From: an uncultured Collinsella sp.
Lineage (GTDB): Bacteria; Actinomycetota; Coriobacteriia; Coriobacteriales; Coriobacteriaceae
DNA length: 64,000 nucleotides
Assembly: GCA_902473205.1 (NCBI GenBank)
Contig: CABRRA010000008.1
Span: forward strand, 829-64,828
Direction of reading: 5' to 3'
Shown here: piece after piece, positions 36,851 to 45,701 of the stretch
Position numbering within the stretch: the stretch's first letter is position 1
Layout: every line of letters starts with the position of its first letter
The notes under the pieces: generated by a model
The model's input: the letters and a program-made list of their open reading frames with translations, nothing else
Told to the model about the DNA's origin: nothing
The model's database searches: none
Translations under genes and position numbers: made by a program

Positions 36851-37069
36851 ATGACTGCATCGCTGCGCTCGGCTGTGCCTTTGCGCAAGAAAGAAATATA
36901 CGGGAAGTTCTACGGTGACGCAAGCCCCATTTTTAACTTTTTTGAAAATCGGCCAATTTGCCCCGACCCATGAAGGACCTGTGAAGCCAAACCGCATGCA
37001 AGTGGCAAAATGCCGCAAGCGCACCGCAATTACCGTTGACGGATTGCTGCATTCTGGTCGCTGTCAATA

Positions 37070-37525
37070 GTGACACAATCAGGATGCCAATTATCGTGCG
37101 GACATCGAGGCGACATGGATGAAGAGCTTGATTACCTATGGGAAACCCTCGGCCTCGAGATAACTGCCACCCCTTGGCCAGATCGGCACAAAATTCATCC
37201 CACGCTACGCCCCGCCATCACAGTCATGCAGGCAACGTATCGCGGCGCCTCATTTTTAATGATGCGAATGGCATGGCACGCGACGCTACCCGACCTCAAG
37301 CGAGTTCAGGCAAGCCTCGTGGAGCTATCCGGTATTCCCGTCGTGATTTCGGAGACCCATTTGGAGCAACGCCAACGCGACCGTTTGCAAGCACAGCGAA
37401 TCCCGTTCATCTGCTCCAACATTCAGGCATACCTGCCCTTTATGGACGAAGAGTACTGGAGCGGCAAGCCCAACAAACAGGTAAAGATCTACGACCCGCA
37501 TAAGTGGGCAAAGCTTGAGTACTGA
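37070..37525 (+). CDS. Hypothetical protein
   Basis: 151-aa ORF, with an alternative start at ATG 37115 (MDEELDYLW). GC appears lower than in neighbouring core genes. I recognise no motif. Confidence 0.4.
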   Translation: MTQSGCQLSCGHRGDMDEELDYLWETLGLEITATPWPDRHKIHPTLRPAITVMQATYRGASFLMMRMAWHATLPDLKRVQASLVELSGIPVVISETHLEQRQRDRLQAQRIPFICSNIQAYLPFMDEEYWSGKPNKQVKIYDPHKWAKLEY

Positions 37526-37597
37526 CCGGAGCGAACCTGCCGGCGGAAAGCGCAACCCAAAATCTACGCCCAAAACGGAACGCGCTTTCCGCAGCTG

Positions 37598-37957
37598 CTA
37601 CAGTAGTACCTCGGTCCAGGCTGCTTCCTTAAAGCCTGGAATCGCAAAGTCATCGCCCACCAGCAGCGGGCGCTTAACCAGCATGCCGTCGGTCGCCAAC
37701 AGCTCGTAACATTCCTGATCCGTCATTCCCGCGTCCAGGCGTGCCTTCAGGCCAAGCTCTCGATACTTCATGCCCGACGAGTTAAAGAAGCGACGCACCG
37801 GCAGCCCCGAACGCGCAATCCAGGCCGCAAGTTCCTCAGCCGAAGGATTGTCTGTAACAATATCGCGATCGACGTACTCAACCCCATGCTCGTCCAACCA
37901 GGCCTTGGCCTTTTTACACGTCGAGCATTTGGGATATTCAACAAACAGCACTGCCAT
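37598..37957 (-). CDS. ArsC/Spx-family (arsenate reductase-like, thioredoxin fold) protein
   Basis: 119-aa ORF: MAVLFVEYPKCSTCKKAKAWLDEHGVEY..., with the N-terminal CxxC and the ...LVKRPLLV pattern of the ArsC/YffB/Spx family. Confidence 0.8.
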   Translation of the reverse strand: MAVLFVEYPKCSTCKKAKAWLDEHGVEYVDRDIVTDNPSAEELAAWIARSGLPVRRFFNSSGMKYRELGLKARLDAGMTDQECYELLATDGMLVKRPLLVGDDFAIPGFKEAAWTEVLL

Positions 37958-38211
37958 GGGGATTCCCTTCTTAGAAAAGACAAGTGTCTGGCAGACAGCG
38001 CACCGATGGCCATCTGCGACCGATGCCGATATTGTAGCCAGCGCCGACGTACAGGCGGTCGCGGTTTTCCATCTTGAGGTTAACGTCTCGCATGGGCGTC
38101 AATGGTACGGTATGGGCGCCACGACGGATGTTGGTGCCCATCCACATGCAAACGGGGGCAAGTTGGTCTGGATGGGCGACGGTAGCCGTTGAGCCCGCGT
38201 CCCCGACAGCC

Positions 38212-38847
38212 CTACTCCGTCTCGCGCATCCAGCGATCGAAGGTCCCCACGCACACGCCTAGGCGCTTTGCCGCCTGACTCCGGGTAATATTGCCCGCCT
38301 CATAGATATCGCGCACTCGTTCAAATTGCGGAGGGCACGGCTTGCGGGGCCGACCAAAACGCACACCGCGCGCCCGCGCCGCCGCGATTCCCTCCGCCTG
38401 ACGACGGTGGATGTTCTCTCGTTCCACCTGCGCCACATAACTCAACAGCTGCAAAACGATATCGGCGATCAGCGTGCTGGTCACATCCGATCCGCCGCAA
38501 TCTCTCGCACGCGTATCGAGCAACGGCATGTCCAGCACAACGATGGCCGCACCAAGTTCCTTGGTTATACGACGCCACTCCTCGAGTATCTCGCTATAGT
38601 TTCGACCCAGCCGATCGATGGAAAGCACCACCAACACATCACCGGAAGCCAAGGCATGAAGCAATTCCCGATACTGCGGGCGATCAAAGTCCTTACCGCT
38701 CGCACGGTCGGCAAAGACATTCGCCGGCTCCACGCCATAGGCGCTCAGCGCATCCAACTGGCGATTCAAATTTTGATCACGCGAGCTCACCCGCGCATAC
38801 CCATACACCGTTGCCACAACATCCCAGCTTTCTCGTAAACCTGCCAA
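38212..38847 (-). CDS. Serine recombinase (resolvase/invertase family)
   Basis: 211-aa ORF. VYGYARVSSRDQNLNRQLDAL (catalytic Ser), LVVLSIDRLGRN, and a C-terminal HTH (ITRSQAAKRLGVCVGTFDRW). A GTG at 38817 (giving MATVYGYARVS) is a plausible true start. Confidence 0.85.
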   Translation of the reverse strand: MAGLRESWDVVATVYGYARVSSRDQNLNRQLDALSAYGVEPANVFADRASGKDFDRPQYRELLHALASGDVLVVLSIDRLGRNYSEILEEWRRITKELGAAIVVLDMPLLDTRARDCGGSDVTSTLIADIVLQLLSYVAQVERENIHRRQAEGIAAARARGVRFGRPRKPCPPQFERVRDIYEAGNITRSQAAKRLGVCVGTFDRWMRETE

Positions 38848-38995
38848 AAAGGGACAGGCTTGTTTTGGTAGGTCCTATCTCCCAAAAGCATATGAAGAAG
38901 CGGCCGAGCTCATGGCAGGGCAATCAAGAGACACGCAAAGAGGGCGGCCCCGAAAGACCGCCCTGTCCGCTTTGCCGATACTCACTCCGTACCGG

Positions 38996-41131
38996 TTAAT
39001 GAATGAGCTTAAAGTCCAAATGTCCGCGAGTAGTGTTGACACGCGAGACCTCGATAATCACGCGCTGCCCCAACTCAAAACGGCGTCCCGTGTCGGCACC
39101 CGTCAATGTGAGCGCGTCCTCGTCAAACTCAAACCACTCGTTGCCCAGGCTCTTGATCGAAACCAAGCCTTCGACCTGCGTTAGGTCCAAGCGCACAAAG
39201 AGGCCCATGCTGCTAACCCACGAGACGGTTCCGGCATAGCGCTCGCCCAGGCGATCCTCGTAGTACTGCGCAATCTTGATTTTTTGCGTCGCATGGCTGG
39301 CAGCGTCGGCCGCACGCTCGGCATCGCTGCACGCGCGGCAGATTTGCGGCAGGATGCGCGGAAGCGACTCTCGGCCTTTTCCGATCAGCCTCGGCGTACG
39401 CACCAAGGCGTCTTTTCCACCCAGCTGCTCGTATGCCAGCTGCAGCTTGAGTACGCGATGCACCACCAGATCGGGATAACGGCGAATGGGGCTTGTAAAG
39501 TGGCAGTAGCACGGCGCAGCGAGCGCAAAGTGGCCCTCGTTGCGAGGCTTATACAACGCACGCTGCATACTGCGCAAAAGGAGCGTGTTGACGAGTGGCG
39601 CGTTAGCCGTGCCGGCAGCGGCGTCAACCGTCGCCTGCAACTCATCAGGACTTCCCAGGGCAATGCCCGCCGCACGGCGATCATCGATGATACCGAGCTG
39701 CGCCAGCGCCACAGCAGCACCGTGCAGACTGTCGGGGCTGGGGTCATCGTGCACGCGATAGCACGCCTCGATGTCGCGGTCGGCCAGCCACTCGGCAACG
39801 CACTCGTTAGCCAGCAGCATTGCCTCCTCGATAAGCGAGGTTGCGCAGGAGCGCTCGCGTGCCACGATCTGCACGGGCACGCCGCTCTCATCCAGCAGCG
39901 CGCGAATCTCGGCCGTGTCAAAGTCGACCGAGCCGCGTGCGCGACGTATGCGACGCCGGAGTTCTGCGAGTTCGTTTGCGGCGACCAGGAAATCGGCCAG
40001 GTCAACGTTATAGCCGCGAGCGGCATCCTCGCACGCAAGCCCGCGCTCAAGCGCTTTCTCGCGCGAGGCTTCGGCCGCAGCGACATCCTCCGCAGCGCCC
40101 TCCAACACGGAATACTCCACCGCGCCAGCACGCACCAGCAGCGCCTCGGCGCCGTCGTAGTCCATACGCACACGCGAACGAATCACACTGGGATAGGGAT
40201 CGTAATGGCGCACGCGACCCTGCGCGTCGAGCTCGATGTCGACGGTAAACGCCAGGCGGTCCTCGTCGGGACGAAGCGAGCACAGGTCATTAGACAGGCG
40301 CTCGGGCAGCATGGGAAGCACACGGTCGGCAAGGTAGACCGACGTCGTGCGATGGCGGGCCTCCAGGTCGATATGTCCGTCCCAGGCAACATAGTGCGAA
40401 ACGTCAGCGATATGCACGCCCAGCTTATAGCCGCCCTCGAGCGTGCGCTCGAGCGAGATGGCATCGTCAAAGTCGCGCGCATCAACCGGGTCGATGGTGA
40501 TGACAAAGCGATCGCGCAGGTCACGGCGAAGCGGGTCTTTAAGCGCTGCAGTCACATCGAGCGAAAGCGCCTCTGCCTCTGCCAGAGCCGCCTCGGGAAA
40601 GCCGTCGGTATAGCCATAGCGCGCCATAACATATTGGACGCCCAGATCGGGCGCATCGTCGCCGCCAATGCGGCGATCGATCGTCACCGTGCCCGACTCC
40701 AAGCGCGTCGGGTAGGTCAGAATACGCGCGACGACGACATCGCCAGGGCGCACGCCCAGGCGCTCCGCCGAAGTGTCCTCAGGCAAAATAAAGAAATCGG
40801 CTTTGAGACGCGAATCGAGCGGTTCGATCACACCAAGCGGGCCGGCCGTCTGATACGTACCCACCACGCTGATGGCGGCACGCTCGATGACGCCCTCGAT
40901 CACGGCGCGACGATCCCCGCGCGGTCCCGCCTTGATGCTTACGGCCACGGTATCGCCGTCCATAATCTCACGCTTACCGCGACCCATGACCTTGTAATCG
41001 CCGTTGTCGGTCACGACATAAGCGCTGTGCTCATGGAGCTGAACGCGGCCAGTCATGCTCGGGCGACGCTCGCTGCGCACCGGCCCGCGTTTATTGCGTG
41101 CGCTACGCTTATGTTTGTTATTGCGCCCCAT
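38996..41131 (-). CDS. rnr: Ribonuclease R (RNase II family 3'-5' exoribonuclease)
   Basis: 711-aa ORF. It has an N-terminal cold-shock-like region, the RNB domain (ITIDPVDARDFDDAISL...; SPIRRYPDLVVHR) and a C-terminal S1 domain (YAGTVSWVSSMGLFVRL). Confidence 0.92.
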   Translation of the reverse strand: MGRNNKHKRSARNKRGPVRSERRPSMTGRVQLHEHSAYVVTDNGDYKVMGRGKREIMDGDTVAVSIKAGPRGDRRAVIEGVIERAAISVVGTYQTAGPLGVIEPLDSRLKADFFILPEDTSAERLGVRPGDVVVARILTYPTRLESGTVTIDRRIGGDDAPDLGVQYVMARYGYTDGFPEAALAEAEALSLDVTAALKDPLRRDLRDRFVITIDPVDARDFDDAISLERTLEGGYKLGVHIADVSHYVAWDGHIDLEARHRTTSVYLADRVLPMLPERLSNDLCSLRPDEDRLAFTVDIELDAQGRVRHYDPYPSVIRSRVRMDYDGAEALLVRAGAVEYSVLEGAAEDVAAAEASREKALERGLACEDAARGYNVDLADFLVAANELAELRRRIRRARGSVDFDTAEIRALLDESGVPVQIVARERSCATSLIEEAMLLANECVAEWLADRDIEACYRVHDDPSPDSLHGAAVALAQLGIIDDRRAAGIALGSPDELQATVDAAAGTANAPLVNTLLLRSMQRALYKPRNEGHFALAAPCYCHFTSPIRRYPDLVVHRVLKLQLAYEQLGGKDALVRTPRLIGKGRESLPRILPQICRACSDAERAADAASHATQKIKIAQYYEDRLGERYAGTVSWVSSMGLFVRLDLTQVEGLVSIKSLGNEWFEFDEDALTLTGADTGRRFELGQRVIIEVSRVNTTRGHLDFKLIH

Positions 41132-41182
41132 GGCGCCTCCTTACTATCGATAGCCGTTTACACCCCAAGAGTCTACCCAAAT

Positions 41183-41266
41183 GATCCCTAGGGGACGGCA
41201 GGATTGCGGATCACTTAGGGGGTCGGTCTATTCGAGTGATCCGTTTTCCTCCGTCCCCTAGGGATC
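41183..41266. repeat. Family C repeat, inverted pair (copies 4a/4b) forming a long hairpin
   Basis: GATCCCTAGGGGACGGCAGGATTGCGGATCAC (41183-41214), a 21-nt loop, then GTGATCCGTTTTCCTCCGTCCCCTAGGGATC (41236-41266). It lies between the rnr start and the ftsX stop. Confidence 0.8.
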
Positions 41267-41324
41267 AAAAAACGGGCCGTCCCAAAAGGAACGACCCGTT
41301 GGAAGGAACGAATTCCAAGCATAC

Positions 41325-42245
41325 CTACACGCGCAGATAACGGCGCATGGCGATGGCAGAGCCAAAGAGGCCGATGAGCACGCCGACAAGAATCAGTGCG
41401 GCGTAGGTCACCAGATAGTACTGCATCGGCAGCGCAAACGACATCCAGCCGACGCTCGCCTGCAGGCGCGGAATCATCAGATTGCGCAGCAGCTCCAAAA
41501 CACCGATGGAAAGCAGCGAGCCCAGAATGGCCTGCAACACGCCCTCGGTAATGAACGGCCCGCGAATGAAGCCGTTGCTGGCGCCCACCAGGCGCATAAT
41601 CGCAATCTCGCGACGACGCGCCGTAATGGACAGGCGAATCGTGTTGTTGATAAAGATGAACGCGATAAAGGTCAGCAGGCCGACGAGCACCACGGCGGCG
41701 ATACGAATGTAGTTGGTCACCTGGAACAGGCGGCTCACTCCCTCCTGGCCATACAGCACGCTCGCGTTGACGTCGCCGTCGTCCGCGATCTTTTGGAAGT
41801 CGGCGTTCTTCTTGAGCTTCTTGGCCGTGCTCTCGACCTGAGACGGATCGTCCATCTCAATCGCAAACGAGGCGGGCAGCGGGTTCTGGCCGTCGAGCGC
41901 ACTCATGGTGGCGTCGGCGTTGCCCGACATCTTGCTCGTGTACTCGGCCAGCGCGTCGTCCTTATCCTTATAGGTCACGGACTTGACGTTGCTCCACGTC
42001 TTGAGCTCGGCCTCAAAGGCCTGAACATCTGCCTGATCGGCGTCATCGCTAATAAAGGCATTGATGACAACCTGATCCTCGACGGTACCGATCACGGAGT
42101 TCAGCATCGCGGAACCCATAATGAACAGGCCGATGATAAACAGCGAAAGGAAGATCGTGATGACGGCGCCGAGCGAGGTGGTCCAGTTACGGAAGAAGTG
42201 GCTGATAGCCTCTTTGAGCGAATAGCCCACGTTAGTTGGTGCCAT
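41325..42245 (-). CDS. ftsX: Cell division ABC transporter permease FtsX
   Basis: 306-aa ORF with the FtsX topology (N-terminal TM, large loop, three C-terminal TMs) and the motif ITARRREIAIMRLVGA. It overlaps the ftsE stop. Confidence 0.88.
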   Translation of the reverse strand: MAPTNVGYSLKEAISHFFRNWTTSLGAVITIFLSLFIIGLFIMGSAMLNSVIGTVEDQVVINAFISDDADQADVQAFEAELKTWSNVKSVTYKDKDDALAEYTSKMSGNADATMSALDGQNPLPASFAIEMDDPSQVESTAKKLKKNADFQKIADDGDVNASVLYGQEGVSRLFQVTNYIRIAAVVLVGLLTFIAFIFINNTIRLSITARRREIAIMRLVGASNGFIRGPFITEGVLQAILGSLLSIGVLELLRNLMIPRLQASVGWMSFALPMQYYLVTYAALILVGVLIGLFGSAIAMRRYLRV

Positions 42246-43452
42246 AGTTGCCGTAACCTCCCCTCTCCTGGTCGCGGATTACGTGGCCGCCCTCGAGGGC
42301 GATCACGCGACGGTGCATGCTATCGACCATCTCGCGGTCGTGCGTGGCGACGATCACGGTGGTGCCGGTACGGTTAATGCGCTCGAGCAGCTTCATAATG
42401 CCCAGCGAAATCGCGGGGTCGAGGTTGCCCGTGGGCTCGTCGCAGATAAGCAGCGGCGGACGGTTGACCATAGCGCGGGCAACGGCGACACGCTGCTGCT
42501 CGCCACCGGACAGCTGATCGGGCAGAGAGTCCATCTGATCGGCCAGACCGACCAGGCGAAGCACCTCGGGCACCTGGCTGCGAATGACGCCCTTGGGCTT
42601 GCCGATGCACTGCAGGGCAAACGCCACGTTTTCGTAGGCGGTCTTCTGCGGCAGGAGCTTAAAGTCCTGGAACACGGCACCGATCTGGCGACGCAAGAAC
42701 GGAACTTTGCGGTTCTTGATCTTCATGAGGTCCTGGCCGGCGACCAAAATGCGGCCGCTCGTCGGCTTGACGTCGCGGTTGAGCGTCGAAAGCAGCGTGG
42801 TCTTACCCGAGCCGGAGTGACCGACCAGGAAGACAAACTCACCAGGATAGATCTCGATGTTGATGTCGTCGAGCGCGGGCTTGTTGGGCTGTGTCGGGTA
42901 GATTTTGGTGACGTGCTCCATGAGGATGACGGGCTCGACACCGGCCTGCTTGGCCATCTTCTTGCGGCTGGCCTGCGGATCGATGGGCGCAAACACCGAC
43001 GTAAAGTCGGGATTGTTGAGCGCATTGTCGAGGCTTGCGACCTCGGCGGCCTGATCGCTCTCGACTACGGGAGCCGCGGGCTGCGTAGGATCGGGAATAC
43101 CGGCAAAAAGACCGGACTGCGCAGGCTGTGGCGCCGGAGTCGCAGGAGCCATGGGATCGGGAATACCGGCCATGACAGGCTGCGGCGCGACAGCGTCCGC
43201 CTGGGGCTGATCCACGCGAGCGGTCACCTTCTGCACGGGCTCAAAACCCGCGGCCTCGGAAAGCTCGACATCATTGGTGGGATTGTAGGCAAAGGGATCT
43301 GATGCCGGCTGTGCCTGATCTGCCGGCTGTGCGGGGATCGGGCTAAACAGCTGATCCTCTGAATCCGGGGTGGCGAAACGAGTGCCCGCGGCGCCTGGCT
43401 GCGTCTTGGGGGCGTCATCGCCCGCACCGGAGGTACGGAAGTGGTTACCCAC
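42232..43452 (-). CDS. ftsE: Cell division ATP-binding protein FtsE with a Pro/Ala/Gln-rich N-terminal extension of about 175 aa
   Basis: 406-aa ORF with a GTG start at 43452 after GGAG. Motifs: Walker A GHSGSGKTT, LSGGEQQRVAVARA, Walker B LLICDEPTGNLD. The N-terminal part is low complexity (PA.P repeats). Confidence 0.88.
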   Translation of the reverse strand: MGNHFRTSGAGDDAPKTQPGAAGTRFATPDSEDQLFSPIPAQPADQAQPASDPFAYNPTNDVELSEAAGFEPVQKVTARVDQPQADAVAPQPVMAGIPDPMAPATPAPQPAQSGLFAGIPDPTQPAAPVVESDQAAEVASLDNALNNPDFTSVFAPIDPQASRKKMAKQAGVEPVILMEHVTKIYPTQPNKPALDDINIEIYPGEFVFLVGHSGSGKTTLLSTLNRDVKPTSGRILVAGQDLMKIKNRKVPFLRRQIGAVFQDFKLLPQKTAYENVAFALQCIGKPKGVIRSQVPEVLRLVGLADQMDSLPDQLSGGEQQRVAVARAMVNRPPLLICDEPTGNLDPAISLGIMKLLERINRTGTTVIVATHDREMVDSMHRRVIALEGGHVIRDQERGGYGNYGTN

Positions 43453-43561
43453 TGGTGCTCCTTATCGTCGTACGTTTAAACTACATGAGCGCTTCGTATT
43501 TTAGCAGCATTAGCTTCGCTGCACATAAGAAGCATGGCGGGGTTTTGGTCCCACCGGCCGC

Positions 43562-43672
43562 GCGCAGGGTTACCTCCCAAATCTTTCCGCAGGACGGAGG
43601 AACCCCCGCCGCACGTAGTGCGCAGCGGGGGCTCCGACATGTCCGAGGACGATTTGGGAGGTAACCCTGCGC
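43562..43672. repeat. 111-nt hairpin with perfect 22-bp terminal arms and a nested stem
   Basis: GCGCAGGGTTACCTCCCAAATC (43562-43583) and its exact reverse complement GATTTGGGAGGTAACCCTGCGC (43651-43672). The interior carries CCCCCGC...GCGGGGG and a GGACGGAGGAA core shared with family C. Confidence 0.8.
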
Positions 43673-43883
43673 ACGGCCTGCGGCTACTAAGGGGCCGCCG
43701 CGTTTATCTTAGGGTGCCACATCACCATGCTGGGTGGGCTGAGTGGCACTTTGCTGATATGGGCCCTTTTCCCGGTAGAGACTTTTGCTTGACGCGTTTT
43801 TGATTTGATTGTTGCGCAACTCGGATTTGGATTGTCGATTTACAGTGGCCTCGATGGGAACGCCTATGGTTGTGGGAGCCAGT

Positions 43884-44615
43884 ATGAATTGTCCTTATTG
43901 TGGAGCTGAGTTACGCGATGGCGTGAGGTACTGCACAGCGTGCGGGGCTGCCGTCAATGGCATCTCTGCTGATTCTGAGCTTCGGGTAAAGCCTCGGAAC
44001 CACGTTGCGGTCATCCTTACCTGCATGCTGGTAATTGGCATTGTCGGCGGTAGCTGTATGGGCCTTCATCTGCGGCAGGTGTTGTCGCACTTCGTATCCG
44101 CCCATTCGGAGCACGCCATTGTGCTGGATGTCGCGGCTGCGGGCTGGGACACCGATAACGGGGCATCGCGCGTTCCGATACATATTACGGGCAAGTCCAT
44201 CGACGGAATAACGGTCGACAGGATTGAGTTCGTCGCCTCCGATGGCTCTGGCATCAATCTCATACAAGGTGTCTACACGCTCGAGGCAGCAGGTTCCCCT
44301 ATCGCTGCGGATGGCACGATCTATCAAATTCCATGCACGAGTGCCACACTCGTCCTCGATGATGCCTTTGCCATGGGTGAAACGATCGATCTGGCCGAGC
44401 TTGCAGAACAGGATTCGATTCTCGCCTTCTGCCCCATTGATGCCGCCGATGTGACCAATGATGAAATCTACGATGCCGCTTTGCTCGCCATGACATACAG
44501 AGGCAGCGATGCCCCCGATGTCGCTGCACTGTGCCAAGCCGCAATCAATCGTCGCGATGGAGCCAGCACAAGCGGGAACTCCTTCGGAAGTTGCGGTGAA
44601 ATACAGATTAATTGA
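43884..44615 (+). CDS. Zinc-ribbon membrane-anchored protein (function unknown)
   Basis: The track ORF is 43809..44615. I place the start at ATG 43884 (MNCPYCGAELRDGVRYCTACGAAV), after GGGAG. One TM segment follows (VAVILTCMLVIGIVGGSCMGL). The last codons and the stop lie inside repeat B3. Confidence 0.6.
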   Translation: MNCPYCGAELRDGVRYCTACGAAVNGISADSELRVKPRNHVAVILTCMLVIGIVGGSCMGLHLRQVLSHFVSAHSEHAIVLDVAAAGWDTDNGASRVPIHITGKSIDGITVDRIEFVASDGSGINLIQGVYTLEAAGSPIAADGTIYQIPCTSATLVLDDAFAMGETIDLAELAEQDSILAFCPIDAADVTNDEIYDAALLAMTYRGSDAPDVAALCQAAINRRDGASTSGNSFGSCGEIQIN

Positions 44616-44655
44616 GCCTTTAGGCTGGCAAAACAGTCCTTATTTCACCGCAACT
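44589..44655. repeat. Family B palindromic element, copy 3
   Basis: AGTTGCGGTGAAATACAGATT...ACAGTCCTTATTTCACCGCAACT. It overlaps the 3' end of the zinc-ribbon gene. Confidence 0.8.
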
Positions 44656-44661
44656 GAAACA

Positions 44662-44686
44662 GGGGCGCTCTCCAAGAGAGCGCCCC
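44662..44686. terminator. Hairpin between convergent genes
   Basis: GGGGCGCTCTC-caa-GAGAGCGCCCC is a perfect 11-bp stem. The flanking T-tracts are weak. Confidence 0.5.
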
Positions 44687-44758
44687 TGCCGGGTTTCCAT
44701 AGTACTGGCGAAGCAGTTTTATAGTTCTGGCGAAGCAGTCCTTGAGATCCGCCTTGCC

Positions 44759-45700
44759 TTATGCCAAGAACTCCTTGGTGGTCGCCACGATGTTGGCGGC
44801 GTCCAGGCCGTACCTGTGCAGGAGCTCGGCACCCGGGCCGGACTCGCCGAACGTGTCGTTGACGCCGATCTTCTTGAGCGGCGTCGGGCACTGCTCGCAC
44901 AGGACATCGGCAACGGCGCTGCCCAGGCCACCGATCACGGAGTGCTCCTCAACGGTCCCGACGGGGCCGGTCTTGGTGGCGCTCTTGACGATCAGGTCGG
45001 AGTCGATGGGCTTGATGGTGTGCATGTTGATGACCTCGGCGTCGATACCCTCGGCAGCGAGCTGCTCGGCGGCCTCGAGGGCCTCGCCGACCATCAGGCC
45101 ACAGGCGATGATGGTGACGTCGGCGCCCTCGCGCATAACGATGCCCTTGCCCAACTCGAACTTGTAGGTCTCGGGGTCGTTGATGACCGGCGAGGCCAGG
45201 CGGGCAAAGCGCATGTACACGGGGCCGTCGCACTCGTAGGCGGCGCGCGTCACGGCGCGGGCCTCGACGTCGTCGGCGGGAACGATGACGGTCATGCCGG
45301 GAATGACGCGCATAAGGGCGATATCCTCGCAGCACTGGTGCGTGGCGCCGTCCTCGCCGACAGAGATGCCGGCGTGCGTGGCGCCGATCTTGACGTTGAG
45401 ATGCGGGTAGCCAATGGAGTTGCGGACCTGCTCAAAGGCGCGGCCGGCGGCAAACATGGCAAAGCTGCTCGCGAAGGCAACGCGGCCGGTGGTTGCGATA
45501 CCGGCGGCAACACCCATCAGGTTGCTCTCGGCAATGCCCACATCGAAGAAGCGGTCGGGGCAGGCTGCCTTGAACTTACCGGTCTGCGTGGCGGCGGCCA
45601 GGTCGGCGTCGAGGACCACAAAGTCATCGTGCTCGTTGGCGAGCTCGACGAGAGCCTCGCCGTAGCTTACGCGCGTGGCGATTTTCTTGACGTCTGCCAT
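44759..45700 (-). CDS. tkt: Transketolase, C-terminal subunit (split transketolase)
   Basis: The track ORF is 44759..45784. I place the start at ATG 45700 (MADVKKIATRVSYGEALVELANEHDDFVVLDADL...), right after the upstream stop. The pyrimidine-binding and C-terminal domains are present. Confidence 0.9.
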   Translation of the reverse strand: MADVKKIATRVSYGEALVELANEHDDFVVLDADLAAATQTGKFKAACPDRFFDVGIAESNLMGVAAGIATTGRVAFASSFAMFAAGRAFEQVRNSIGYPHLNVKIGATHAGISVGEDGATHQCCEDIALMRVIPGMTVIVPADDVEARAVTRAAYECDGPVYMRFARLASPVINDPETYKFELGKGIVMREGADVTIIACGLMVGEALEAAEQLAAEGIDAEVINMHTIKPIDSDLIVKSATKTGPVGTVEEHSVIGGLGSAVADVLCEQCPTPLKKIGVNDTFGESGPGAELLHRYGLDAANIVATTKEFLA

Positions 45701-45701
45701 C

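Noticed and set aside
37840-37870. Partial match to the family A arm (TGTCTGTAACA) inside the ArsC-family gene
   Set aside because: It is a short 11-nt coincidence inside a coding region, with no inverted partner at a 41-nt spacing.
43562-43672. Long hairpin interpreted as SRP (4.5S) RNA or 6S RNA
   Set aside because: It lacks the conserved SRP domain IV motifs (GGAA tetraloop with flanking AGCA/GGAAG symmetric loop) and is far too perfectly paired for 6S RNA. It also shares a sequence core with a local repeat family.
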